A stretch of 32,000 bases of DNA from Psychrobacter sp. DM4 (GTDB lineage: Bacteria > Pseudomonadota > Gammaproteobacteria > Pseudomonadales > Moraxellaceae), in the NCBI RefSeq assembly GCF_051307035.1, contig NZ_CP195536.1:360001-392000 (forward strand). The letters run 5' to 3'. Positions 8,501 to 16,423 of the stretch are shown piece after piece. Below the pieces are notes generated by a model. The model was not told the DNA's origin and did not search any database. It saw only the letters and a program-made list of their open reading frames with translations. Position 1 is the first letter of the stretch, and each line of letters begins with the position of its first letter. Both the position numbers and the translations under genes were made by a program.

Positions 8501-9479
8501 CAATCTCATCGGCGGCTTCTAAGTTGGTATGATAAGCCGTCTCAGCGACATCTGAGCCTTTGGTCGACTTAGCGGAGTTGATATCGATAGAGACCAAGGC
8601 TTCAGTTTGGTCGATAACGATTGAGCCGCCTGATGGCAGGCGCACTTCACGCTGATAGGCAGTCTCGATTTGTTTTTCGATATTAAAGCGTGAGAACATC
8701 GGCTCATAATCGGTATACTTGCGCAGTTTTTCAGCTTGTTTTGGCATGACCGCATCGATGAAGCCTGCCGCTTCAATATAAGCGTTTTCGTTATCGATCC
8801 AAATCTCAGTGATGTCATCACGCAAATAGTCTCGAACCGCACGCGTAACGACGCCAGCCTCTTGATGCACAAGACGCGGTGAAGGATATTTTTGGTTTTG
8901 TTCCTGAATGGCTTGCCAGATATTGAGCAGATGATTTAGATCGTGTTGCAAGTCCTCTTGTGTCTTACCAATACCTGCTGTACGGATAATAACGCTCATG
9001 CCCTTTGGCAGATCGAGGTTGCTCAGCATACGCTTCATGTCTTCACGCAGTTTGCCTGAGATTTGACGAGAGATTCCGCCGCCGCGAGGGTTGTTTGGCA
9101 TTAGTACCAAGTAGCGACCCGCTAATGACACATAAGTCGAAAGGGCAGCGCCTTTGTTACCGCGCTCTTCTTTTTCAACTTGTACGATCAGCTCATCGCC
9201 TTCTTTGATGAGTTTTTTGATATTTTCATCACGCGGATTGCCGCTCAGATACTCGCTTGATATTTCACGAATAGGCAGGAACCCTTGGCGCTGTGAGCCA
9301 TATTCAACGAACACCGCTTCTAATGAAGGCTCAACACGAGTCACATGGCCTTTATATATGTTGGATTTTTTTTGTTCACGAGTACGGTTTTCTAAATCAA
9401 AATCGTATAGATGATTGCCTTTACAGAGGGCAACACGAATCTCTTCGTTTTGAGTGGCGTTAATTAAAATGCGTTTCAT
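5502..9479 (-). CDS. rne: ribonuclease E (catalytic N-terminal half plus 835-aa low-complexity scaffold)
   Basis: 1325-aa ORF. Residues 1-490 carry the S1, 5-prime-sensor and DNase I-like regions and the Zn-link CPRCHGNG. The remainder is rich in Ser, Gln, Asn, Asp and Arg, with Arg-rich blocks and an amphipathic AVAWLSNLFS segment. Divergent from rluC, as in E. coli and Pseudomonas. Confidence 0.97.
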   Translation of the reverse strand: MKRILINATQNEEIRVALCKGNHLYDFDLENRTREQKKSNIYKGHVTRVEPSLEAVFVEYGSQRQGFLPIREISSEYLSGNPRDENIKKLIKEGDELIVQVEKEERGNKGAALSTYVSLAGRYLVLMPNNPRGGGISRQISGKLREDMKRMLSNLDLPKGMSVIIRTAGIGKTQEDLQHDLNHLLNIWQAIQEQNQKYPSPRLVHQEAGVVTRAVRDYLRDDITEIWIDNENAYIEAAGFIDAVMPKQAEKLRKYTDYEPMFSRFNIEKQIETAYQREVRLPSGGSIVIDQTEALVSIDINSAKSTKGSDVAETAYHTNLEAADEIARQLRLRDMGGLIVIDFIDMNDNKNQKEVEKRLIDATKYDRARVQFGEISKFGLMEMSRQRLRPSLEESTGYICPRCHGNGMIRDLRSLSLSIMRQIEQIALKERQGEVQAEVPTDIAAFLLNEKRDALVYLEQDSGTRITILPHAHLESPNFKLHFNRDGFAPSSYERITDTQQQEHSDLGYDVDWQTADSVRPEQQPTRQPRASSSAQNSASNTQKPSAQSNKQTGQSANPHHNSQSTTQDNSTERSNDHRSKNSTVANQQASVQVAPSQQPDNTAAAQPQAVAWLSNLFSQAPQAQTTRSVSSHDAAEAIEAIVNTGAQSRGTFGQVNDQALSGSQDTSNLQADSQNKPQQTRRSDNDHDDESSDDRRRRKTRKSRSSKPRQRKETRDETIDVADSDTNQADSTSDDNAQNNAQNKRQDNRRGSNRNSRHSQNTRQDQSERPDTEQKNADTSNEQTRSKRKSHSQRGSRGTLERAETLTSNETKQDNNSKRSENSKTSSQARRNQDPNEVTLQVNESPVKLKTPEVVHLSLDDSKTKSADKQTATDNDSSNSNQVKGRVEDQTEDQIENKTSSTVATESRTKDNQDESSTVKTEKLPSDTSSTQNEQVTDTLSDESAQDQSKAKTQASAESNAAENSTTVVAPKISETSQTDESILINDQADTATSTLDFGRDELFAARYVTANKFGQASNDPRVVRRQQAQPVMPADTQVADTSTAMPTISGTVGRFIHALLPKAEARLAEDGVINCFIEAIAIHKAKAQPTTDEQSVDASESDHSEPSSTNFDFSNYGYDPLSADYLTRFDTMIQAVSQFAAAQGKTEATPKAIGQRASNDPRGQHPEYQTNTAASSAPVDKPEMDIEEVKTSKRNVAADDIAATALSSQAQADDVTEDSEKLLIADNSAETDEAQNVAEGSKAVRDDAQTSKSKTTIASYKNMIENVAEQLLPQSGMFNLTTPKVPKARSRKPKTDHKKPTQVEQADANSSDNEQLNDSDSTD

Positions 9480-10532
9480 ATTTATATCCTATGAGGACGC
9501 ACAGTAACGACGGTATACAGGTAAGCTCAGTGGCAAGTGCGATGACTAATTATCGCGATCGTAGACGTTTTATCGTAAGATAATAACGAGGCCTATTTGA
9601 CAGTTTATGCTTATGCTTTTTGAGTTAAGACTCAGATGCTAGGCATAATGTTATTGATTGGCACAGAAGATATAGATCGTAACTCTATAAATTGTCTGTT
9701 TTTATACTTTCTTTATAAGCTAGCTATTTATGGGCTTGATACAACAATGTAGCGATAAATAGAGTGCTCATTTGAGCTGTATAATTCAGTCGTACATGAC
9801 GAGTAGTGATTCACTATTTCTAGTTTTTTGTATCCGTTGTTAGCAGATGCATTATGCATTGGGTGTTAGGCAGTACATAAATAATCAAATCTGATCGAGC
9901 AGCTTGGTATTATTACTCAAACGGCGCTATTAAAAGGGTTGTCAGATGGCGTCATGCCAGTACCAGTAATCAATAATTTTTAGTTGTCTTATCGCACTAA
10001 GCGATAGTCTGATAATAAGGGTTGTAAATCCTTGATGCTCAGTTCAGACTTTTATAGGGTTATCTATTATTTTGACGAATAAAACGTCTATCAAAAACAG
10101 TAAAATTACTCTTTATAGCTTTGCTTATTATCAGCGGGGCGTACTTGGCAAACAAAATAAAAGTCCGGCTTGTAAGGCTAAGACTAGGCTTTAAGATAGC
10201 TTTGAGACTTGAGGGTAGGGTTATTGTCACTATCCAATGGTCACAATCTATCAGTAAGCTGCTATCGATTATGTTTGACCGCCAACACGTAGGCAGCTAA
10301 AAGTAACTTATCTGCTTAAACTTGCTCAACTGCGCCGTCTAAATGATCACAATAAATGGCTTGTAAGGCCATAAAACAAATCAAAGTGTCGTTGTGCGCG
10401 TGTTAAGTAAAAAAAGGGTTTAATGGGGTGTCACAGTTATACTTTAAAATCGGATGAGACGCGTAACGTTACCGCCACCCGTGCTCAACATGCTAAACTA
10501 TAGCAAATCTTTGTGTAAATACCTAACTAAAA
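9480..10532. promoter_or_regulatory. 1053-bp rne/rluC divergent control region (presumed long rne 5-prime leader plus both promoters)
   Basis: No ORF of 60 aa or more in any frame. AT-rich with several short palindromes and a repeated 12-mer. The E. coli rne mRNA has a long structured autoregulatory 5-prime UTR. Promoter and UTR boundaries cannot be read from the sequence alone. Confidence 0.4.
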
Positions 10533-11558
10533 ATGACAAATCAAGTAACGACAAACAACGAAAGCCTTCATCAAGCCCCTGCTATCTTCAATAGTAAGAC
10601 TCGCCCCCAAAGCGCAGATGATGAGATCGGAAACTTTGAAAAAGTAAATTATCTTGAGGTTACCCGCCATCAGCACGATCAGCGCTTGGATAACTTTTTG
10701 CTTAACCGCCTCAAAGGTCTGCCAAAATCGCACATCTACAAGATGATTCGCTCCGATGAGATTCGAGTGAATAATAAGCGCTGTAAAGCGCATGATAGAT
10801 TACAGCGTGAAGATGTGGTGCGTATCGCGCCTGTACAGCTAGCAACCCGAGAAAAACCGATTATCAGCGCTGAATTTGCCAAAAGCTTGCTGGCACGTGT
10901 GGTGTATGAAGATGAGGGTCTGATAGTGCTCAATAAACCCTCAGGGATCGCTGTACATGGTGGTAGTGGCCTCAATTTTGGAGTTATTGAGGCGATGCGC
11001 GAAGTCACAGGCAAAAAGTACCTAGAGTTGATACATCGTATCGATAAAGACACCTCAGGGCTGCTTATGATTTCTAAGAAGCGCTCAACGCTCAAAGCCT
11101 TGCAACAGCATCTAGTCGACAAAACCATTCAAAAGCATTATTTGTGTCTAGCCAAAGGTCAGCCTGCGCTAGGTGAGCTGCGTATCGATGCGCCATTATT
11201 GCGCTATACGGTGGCAAGTGGTGAGCGCCGAGTCAAGGTTGATGCCAAAGATGAGCAAGCCAAAGAGAGCCAAACGGATATCAGCGTTCACGCGCGTTTT
11301 ACCTTGAACAATCAGCCAGTAAGCCTAATAGAAGCCAAGCCACTGACCGGACGCACCCATCAGATACGCGTACATCTAGCGCATATTGGCCATGCGATTT
11401 TGGGCGATGACAAATACCATGTCCATGACAAATCAGGTGTACATCGCTTGTGCTTGCATGCTTGGCGCTTAGACATCCCAGGTTATGATCCGATTACCGC
11501 GCCGCTGCCTGAAGAGCTCCTCGCGCTAATACCCAATGACCAAACGTTGCCACAATAA
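10533..11558 (+). CDS. rluC: 23S rRNA pseudouridine synthase RluC (RluA family with S4 domain)
   Basis: 341-aa ORF. S4-like N-terminal region (RLDNFLLNRLKGLPKSHIYKMIRSDEIRVNNKR) and catalytic motif HRIDKDTSGLLM. There is no clear SD at the ATG, so the start is less certain. Confidence 0.9.
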   Translation: MTNQVTTNNESLHQAPAIFNSKTRPQSADDEIGNFEKVNYLEVTRHQHDQRLDNFLLNRLKGLPKSHIYKMIRSDEIRVNNKRCKAHDRLQREDVVRIAPVQLATREKPIISAEFAKSLLARVVYEDEGLIVLNKPSGIAVHGGSGLNFGVIEAMREVTGKKYLELIHRIDKDTSGLLMISKKRSTLKALQQHLVDKTIQKHYLCLAKGQPALGELRIDAPLLRYTVASGERRVKVDAKDEQAKESQTDISVHARFTLNNQPVSLIEAKPLTGRTHQIRVHLAHIGHAILGDDKYHVHDKSGVHRLCLHAWRLDIPGYDPITAPLPEELLALIPNDQTLPQ

Positions 11559-11617
11559 CTTGCCGCAATAACTAGGCAAGCAAGACTACTCAAACTAACA
11601 CAGATACAACATCGATA

Positions 11618-11651
11618 ATGGCTTGCTCACTATACTGGCAAGCCATTTTTA
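11618..11651 (+). terminator. rho-independent terminator after rluC
   Basis: 9-bp stem ATGGCTTGC / GCAAGCCAT with an 11-nt loop, followed by TTTTTAT. Confidence 0.7.
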
Positions 11652-11670
11652 TATGCTATAAAGGTTAGCT

Positions 11671-12381
11671 ATGAATAAAAATAATAACGCAAATAACACT
11701 ATGCTCTCTATTCAAGATTCACCACTAATAAGTCGTCCATCCGATAAATCTTTAATGATCTTTGATTGGGACGGCACCTTAATGGATTCTATAGGGCTTA
11801 TCGTTGAGTCTATGCATATCGCAGGAGAGGCGCATGGTTTTGATACGACAGATGACGCTGTAAAAGTCATCATTGGACTTAGTTTGATGAAGGGTATCGA
11901 TATCTTGTACCCCAAAGCATCTGATACTCAAAAACAGGATATTCAACACAGTTATGTCGCGCATTATGTCGCTAACAGTCATTGCACGCCTTTTTTTGAC
12001 TCAATAGAGCACATGCTAAAAACGCTACAGCAGCGCGGCAAAATCCTTGCTGTAGCAACAGGAAAAAAGCGTCAAGGACTTGATAGAGTTTTGGATGCGT
12101 CAAACAGCCATCATTACTTTGCGATTACGCGCAGCACAGATGAGTCAGGCTCTAAACCTGATCCGCAGATGCTCAGTGATATTTTAAATCATACGCGGCA
12201 GCACGTATCTGATGCCGTATTTATCGGTGATAGTATCTACGATATTCAAATGGCAAATGCGCTTGGTATGATGAGTATCGCGGTCAATTATGGTGCGGCG
12301 TCTAGCAGTACTCTTGCAGAGCAAAACCCCACTTATCAGGTTGACTCACCGCAAGAGTTAGCTGAGATTTTGTCTGGTTAA
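11671..12381 (+). CDS. HAD-superfamily hydrolase (phosphoglycolate phosphatase-like)
   Basis: 236-aa ORF. HAD motif I FDWDGTLMDS, motif II ATGK, motif IV GDSIYD. The rne/rluC/HAD order matches Pseudomonas synteny. Confidence 0.88.
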   Translation: MNKNNNANNTMLSIQDSPLISRPSDKSLMIFDWDGTLMDSIGLIVESMHIAGEAHGFDTTDDAVKVIIGLSLMKGIDILYPKASDTQKQDIQHSYVAHYVANSHCTPFFDSIEHMLKTLQQRGKILAVATGKKRQGLDRVLDASNSHHYFAITRSTDESGSKPDPQMLSDILNHTRQHVSDAVFIGDSIYDIQMANALGMMSIAVNYGAASSSTLAEQNPTYQVDSPQELAEILSG

Positions 12382-12396
12382 GTGTGTTTTTTAGGT

Positions 12397-12435
12397 AAAA
12401 AAAAGGGTTATCGTTAATAGCGATAACCCTTTTTT
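12397..12435. terminator. bidirectional rho-independent terminator between the convergent HAD gene and engB
   Basis: 9-bp stem GGGTTATCG / CGATAACCC with a 7-nt loop, flanked by A8 and T6. Confidence 0.88.
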
Positions 12436-12458
12436 AAAATTAATCAGCAACAAATAAC

Positions 12459-13211
12459 TTATTTTGCTGGCTGATCCTGTTCAGCAGTTTCTTCTACGTC
12501 TAAAATCTGCGCATCATTTGCATGAATAGGGTATTCAAGGGCATTATCCTTATTGAGCTTGTATTCATACCAATGACCCATCACCCCAGCCAATTCATCA
12601 AGACCTTCTTTTCTGAGGGCGGAGAATAGCTGAATAGTACAGTCAAGACTCAGCTCTTTTAGTCTTTTGCGAGTATTCAGTAAGGCGTTTTTGGAAGCGC
12701 CATATTTGAGCTTATCCGCTTTGGTCAACAAGATGTGAACCGGTAACTCTCCGTCTTTGGCCCAATGTAGCATTTGCTCATCAAAAAATTTGAGCGGATG
12801 ACGGATGTCGCTCATGAGCACTAGACCCGCCAAACTTGAACGGGATACTAAGTACTCTTCAAGCTCGACCTGCCACTCTTTTTTCATCTCAAGCGGAACG
12901 GCTGCGTAGCCATAACCTGGCAAATCAACCAGACGAGTATCAGTATCACCAATACTAAAAAAGTTAATCATCTGCGTGCGCCCAGGCGTTTTTGATGAGC
13001 GCGCTAGCTGACGCTGATTGGTAAGCGCGTTGATCGCTGAAGACTTACCTGCATTTGAGCGTCCAGCAAAAGCAACTTCGAAGCCCACATCAGGAGGACA
13101 AAGTCGAAAAGTAGGTGCTGAGGTCATAAACTCAGTTTGCTGTATACGCTGACGAGACTTGGTATTAAAAACCGCATCTTCAGCAGCAACATCGTTGAAC
13201 GGGGTACTCAT
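12459..13211 (-). CDS. engB: ribosome-biogenesis GTPase EngB/YihA
   Basis: G1 [10 protein letters not shown]3 DLPGYG, G4 TKADK. The ORF is open to 13280, but the extra 23 residues ([12 protein letters not shown]...) look non-native. I place the start at the ATG of MSTPFND (13211). The start is ambiguous. Confidence 0.88.
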   Translation of the reverse strand: MSTPFNDVAAEDAVFNTKSRQRIQQTEFMTSAPTFRLCPPDVGFEVAFAGRSNAGKSSAINALTNQRQLARSSKTPGRTQMINFFSIGDTDTRLVDLPGYGYAAVPLEMKKEWQVELEEYLVSRSSLAGLVLMSDIRHPLKFFDEQMLHWAKDGELPVHILLTKADKLKYGASKNALLNTRKRLKELSLDCTIQLFSALRKEGLDELAGVMGHWYEYKLNKDNALEYPIHANDAQILDVEETAEQDQPAK

Positions 13212-13406
13212 AAGTGACTCGTTATTGTAAAAATAAAATTTGGCTTGAATAGGTAATGAGGTATAGATGCAGCATAACATTAAAAAAGATAGCGGCTTAG
13301 CAAAATTATTAAAGGCGGCGTGACGAGCCTGCGTAATCCGTCTATTTGCGACTTACCAAAGCCAAACTTGATAAGTCTACCTTATGTTGACATATTTGGT
13401 TACAAT

Positions 13407-13428
13407 GATAATTGAACGATAATTGAAC
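13407..13428 (+). repeat. tandem direct repeat 2 x GATAATTGAAC in the cytochrome c5 leader/promoter
   Basis: Two exact 11-bp copies are directly adjacent. They lie between a TTGACA hexamer (13387-13392) and the GGAGG SD of the c5 gene. Confidence 0.6.
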
Positions 13429-13445
13429 AAGGAAGGAGGTGTTCC

Positions 13446-13805
13446 ATGAATATTGTCACCACACTTTTGATCAAATCATCATCGATAGGCTTATATAGAG
13501 CCAAACGTCTATTAGTCAGTAGCAGTATTATAGGGATCATGAGCTTAGCGATGACAACAGGCGTTTATGCAGCTGACATAGAGGCTATCTATGATGACTC
13601 TTGCGCCGCTTGTCATAACAGTGGCGCTCTGAAGGCTATCAAAAAAGGCGATAGCGCTAAATGGCAAAAACTCATACAGCAAAAGGGCATGCCTACGCTT
13701 ATCGATTCTGTCAAAAACGGTATGACCCAAATGCCAGCAGGCGGCTTGTGCGAGACTTGTAGCGACGAGGATTACCGCCAGTTAATAAAGCATATGGCCA
13801 AATAA
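13446..13805 (+). CDS. cytochrome c5-like monohaem class I c-type cytochrome
   Basis: 119-aa ORF with an N-terminal signal or anchor, a single CAACH haem-binding motif, and a downstream MQMP axial-Met region. Strong GGAGG SD. The engB/c5/c4 arrangement is as in Pseudomonas. Confidence 0.88.
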   Translation: MNIVTTLLIKSSSIGLYRAKRLLVSSSIIGIMSLAMTTGVYAADIEAIYDDSCAACHNSGALKAIKKGDSAKWQKLIQQKGMPTLIDSVKNGMTQMPAGGLCETCSDEDYRQLIKHMAK

Positions 13806-14113
13806 TCAAAGCCACTTAAGTGAAACTATCCGATAGAGTCTACCAAGATCAATTGGTAGAAAAACCATAGGGTGCTAGGATTAAGTAGGCAAATACTACA
13901 AAGTCTTGCTATAATATTTATAAATAAACCCTGATATCAGTAAGTTATTTTGAATAGTAGACAATCAAAATTTTATAGTCAAAAACTAGTGATTTTACAC
14001 CTTTAGTTAGTAGACATAAAACATCATTTCAACTTACCCTGTTGAGCTGATGCACTAAACGGTCACTGTCTATCTCAAATTACGCTTATGCCGAGCCAGT
14101 AGGATTTTTATCA

Positions 14114-14782
14114 ATGAAAAAGTTAATTGCTGCCGCCAGCTTATGTGTTGCAAGTTTCAGCGCCCACGCTGCTATTATTGTCCCTGAACACGATATCAAT
14201 GCGGGTAAACAGATCGCGGAAACTGTATGTGCCGCTTGCCACGGCGTTGACGGCGTTAGCCCGATTCCAACACAGCCAAATCTTGGCGGACAAAACGTCA
14301 AGTATTTATACAAGCAGCTGGTCAACTTTAAGTCAGGCTATCGTGTCAACGGTATTATGCAATCACAAGTTGCCAACTTATCACAGCAAGATATGGCAAA
14401 CGTCGCAGCTTACTACTCTTCACAAGCGCCATGGAGCGTAGGTTTTGGTAATCCTGCCACTCATCAAGAAGCGACCAAACTGTTCCTTGGCGGCGCTAAA
14501 TCACGTAATGTCATCGGCTGCGCTGGCTGTCATGGGCCTGATGCTGCTGGCAATGCATGGGCTGCATTTCCGCGCTTAGGTGGACAGCATGCTGAATACA
14601 TCTCAACACAGCTCAAGCTTTTCCGCGCTGCAGGCCGTGAAGACGATGTCGATGGCGATGCTCAGATGCGTTACAATGATGCCGCAAAAAAGGGCGAGAA
14701 AGGCATGATGCAAACGGTTGCTTCAAGATTGTCAGATCGCGATATTCGTATCTTGTCAGATTATATTAGCGCGGTTCACTAA
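14114..14782 (+). CDS. dihaem cytochrome c4
   Basis: 222-aa ORF with a signal peptide ending AHA and two CxxCH motifs (CAACHG and CAGCHG), one in each of two homologous halves. Confidence 0.92.
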   Translation: MKKLIAAASLCVASFSAHAAIIVPEHDINAGKQIAETVCAACHGVDGVSPIPTQPNLGGQNVKYLYKQLVNFKSGYRVNGIMQSQVANLSQQDMANVAAYYSSQAPWSVGFGNPATHQEATKLFLGGAKSRNVIGCAGCHGPDAAGNAWAAFPRLGGQHAEYISTQLKLFRAAGREDDVDGDAQMRYNDAAKKGEKGMMQTVASRLSDRDIRILSDYISAVH

Positions 14783-14816
14783 GACTTTTAGCGCCTTTTT
14801 TTACTGAATTATAAAG

Positions 14817-14837
14817 CCCCGTTATCGGGGTTTTTTT
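14817..14837 (+). terminator. rho-independent terminator after cytochrome c4
   Basis: CCCCG-TTAT-CGGGG hairpin followed by T7. Confidence 0.75.
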
Positions 14838-14886
14838 ATCATTATAGCTTTACTATTCTTATTTGCTCCTTTTGGTTGAGATTATC

Positions 14887-16035
14887 ATGATTCGCTACGC
14901 TTCTTATTTTGTTGCCGCTCTTTTGCCACTGCTACTCTTTCGTTGGTTTGCACCTACTGCTATTGGTGAGATTGATTTTTGGCTGCTATGGCTACTAGCT
15001 ATGATACTAGTGTCATTGCCTGTAGTGTATGCTGAGATTGCCTTGGCTTATCGTAGTATTGATGCGCCGATAGCTGGTATGCAAAAACTGACGAGAGAGG
15101 CAGATGCTAGTCCATTATGGCGTAGTTTTGGTTGGTTGGCAGCCCTTGTCTCTATCGTAATCGCAGCACTAGTCATATCAGGATCAGCTGATGGCATTAT
15201 GACAGGCCTTAATGCACTTGATAGTGCTCCTGCTATTCCAAGCTTTGCAATTGCTGCAGGTCTAATGGTAGTAGCAGTACTGTTAAGTTTACTGGGCGTA
15301 GCACCTCTACCTATAGGTCTTGGTCTTATGGTACTAGGTCTGTTACTTGGAGTGGTCAACGGTCTACCTCAGATTGAGTTTGCGATGACCAATGTCAGTT
15401 TAAGAGAGTGGGCTCGTGCAGTGGCTTTGGCGTTAGTCAGCGTTGGCGCAGGTACTGGACTCTATTGGTTCGCTCAGAACTTAGTCGCCAAGCAAGTGGT
15501 CAGTGCAGTAGCATCACAGAATGATAGTGGTGATAACACTCCAACAGCCCATGCTTCAAACCGCTCTACTGTCTATCGTGCGACCAAACTAGTATTACCG
15601 ATTTGGATGCTGCAGCTTATCGTTGGGGTTATAGCGCTATTTATCAGCGGACTGAGCCTGCCACCGATAGCTAAATTGCTGTATGGAGTAGGGGTGATCT
15701 TTGTCGCCAGTTATTTATTGCATTACGCCGCTCAGCAACTGAGCCACAAATTTGGTGTTATTGCCAGCTTACTGATAACACTTGTACTAGGAGTGCTACT
15801 GACGGTAGTCGTGCCATCGACTTGGTTGGTTGGACTGCTGGTTATTGTTAGCACTATTGCTGTCTTATTATTGTCCGTATTTGCAGGATGGCAGATGAAA
15901 ATCAGTCACTTACGCAAATCACTAAATTTTAGTAATGAAGCATTTTATAACTTATGGCGTGTGGCTATACGCTTAATCGTTCCTCTAGCCCTGATATTGG
16001 CTCTAGTAGGATGGATGATGCAATGGTTGAGCTGA
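14887..16035 (+). CDS. polytopic (about 11 TM) inner-membrane protein, distantly NSS/SNF-transporter-like
   Basis: The ORF is open from TTG 14863, and ATG 14887 (MIRYAS...) is the likelier start. About 11 hydrophobic helices. There is a faint resemblance to NSS TM1, TM2 and TM6 (FRWFAP, LPVVYAEIALAY, SVGAGTGLYWF). The family call is inference only. Confidence 0.8.
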   Translation: MIRYASYFVAALLPLLLFRWFAPTAIGEIDFWLLWLLAMILVSLPVVYAEIALAYRSIDAPIAGMQKLTREADASPLWRSFGWLAALVSIVIAALVISGSADGIMTGLNALDSAPAIPSFAIAAGLMVVAVLLSLLGVAPLPIGLGLMVLGLLLGVVNGLPQIEFAMTNVSLREWARAVALALVSVGAGTGLYWFAQNLVAKQVVSAVASQNDSGDNTPTAHASNRSTVYRATKLVLPIWMLQLIVGVIALFISGLSLPPIAKLLYGVGVIFVASYLLHYAAQQLSHKFGVIASLLITLVLGVLLTVVVPSTWLVGLLVIVSTIAVLLLSVFAGWQMKISHLRKSLNFSNEAFYNLWRVAIRLIVPLALILALVGWMMQWLS

Positions 16036-16373
16036 TAGCAAGTCAGATCAAAAACTTAGAGACGATAACCGTATATTTAGCTTATGCTGAAGACGAGCAG
16101 CACCAGCACTATACTACGCTTGAGGTTGTAGAGGGAACGGTGCTGTATGAAGCATTAGCACAATCAGGATGGCTGACAAAGTTTGCAGCGTTGGCCTCTT
16201 GGTGTGAGCAGGTAGCAGAGACAACAGTGCCAGCGGCGAAGCGCTGGCACGTTGGTATTTATTCGCAAAAGCAGCCACTGAGCTATCTATTACAGCCCTT
16301 TGATCGTATCGAGATATATCGGAGTTTAAGCGCTGACCCAATGTCTCAGCGCAAAAATAAATCTGATCGTTAA
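16023..16373 (+). CDS. RnfH-family (YfjF/RatB-like) ubiquitin-fold protein
   Basis: The ORF is open from 15954. The alignable RnfH core starts near MVELIAS...ITVYLAYA and ends with DRIEIYRSLSADPMSQRK (compare E. coli DRVEIYRPLIADPKELRR). AGGA lies 12 nt upstream of ATG 16023. It overlaps the upstream membrane gene by 13 nt (25 nt if ATG 16011 is used). Confidence 0.85.
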   Translation: MVELIASQIKNLETITVYLAYAEDEQHQHYTTLEVVEGTVLYEALAQSGWLTKFAALASWCEQVAETTVPAAKRWHVGIYSQKQPLSYLLQPFDRIEIYRSLSADPMSQRKNKSDR

Positions 16374-16423
16374 GTCGCTATAACTACCAAAAAGTATCTA
16401 TGGCTATCCAATCCTAAACGGTT

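Noticed and set aside
5847-9414. Nine ORFs of 64-149 aa inside the rne locus, either antisense or in an alternative frame (for example 5847-6296+, 7058-7423-, 7724-8068-, 8519-8872-).
   Set aside because: They lie entirely within a confidently called 1325-aa gene. They have biased, low-complexity or Cys/Arg/Leu-rich compositions typical of shadow frames, and they lack SD sequences. The repetitive rne CTD naturally keeps off-frames open.
12459-13280. The full-length 273-aa version of the engB ORF.
   Set aside because: The first 23 residues ([23 protein letters not shown]) have no counterpart in EngB and no SD. The internal ATG at 13211 is preferred. The start remains ambiguous.
13839-13860. 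Hairpin TCTACCAA-GATCAA-TTGGTAGA, 34 nt after the cytochrome c5 stop, considered as a c5 terminator.
   Set aside because: It is followed by an A-run rather than a U-run on the plus strand, so it is not a canonical intrinsic terminator. Whether c5 and c4 are co-transcribed across the 308-bp gap cannot be decided from the sequence.
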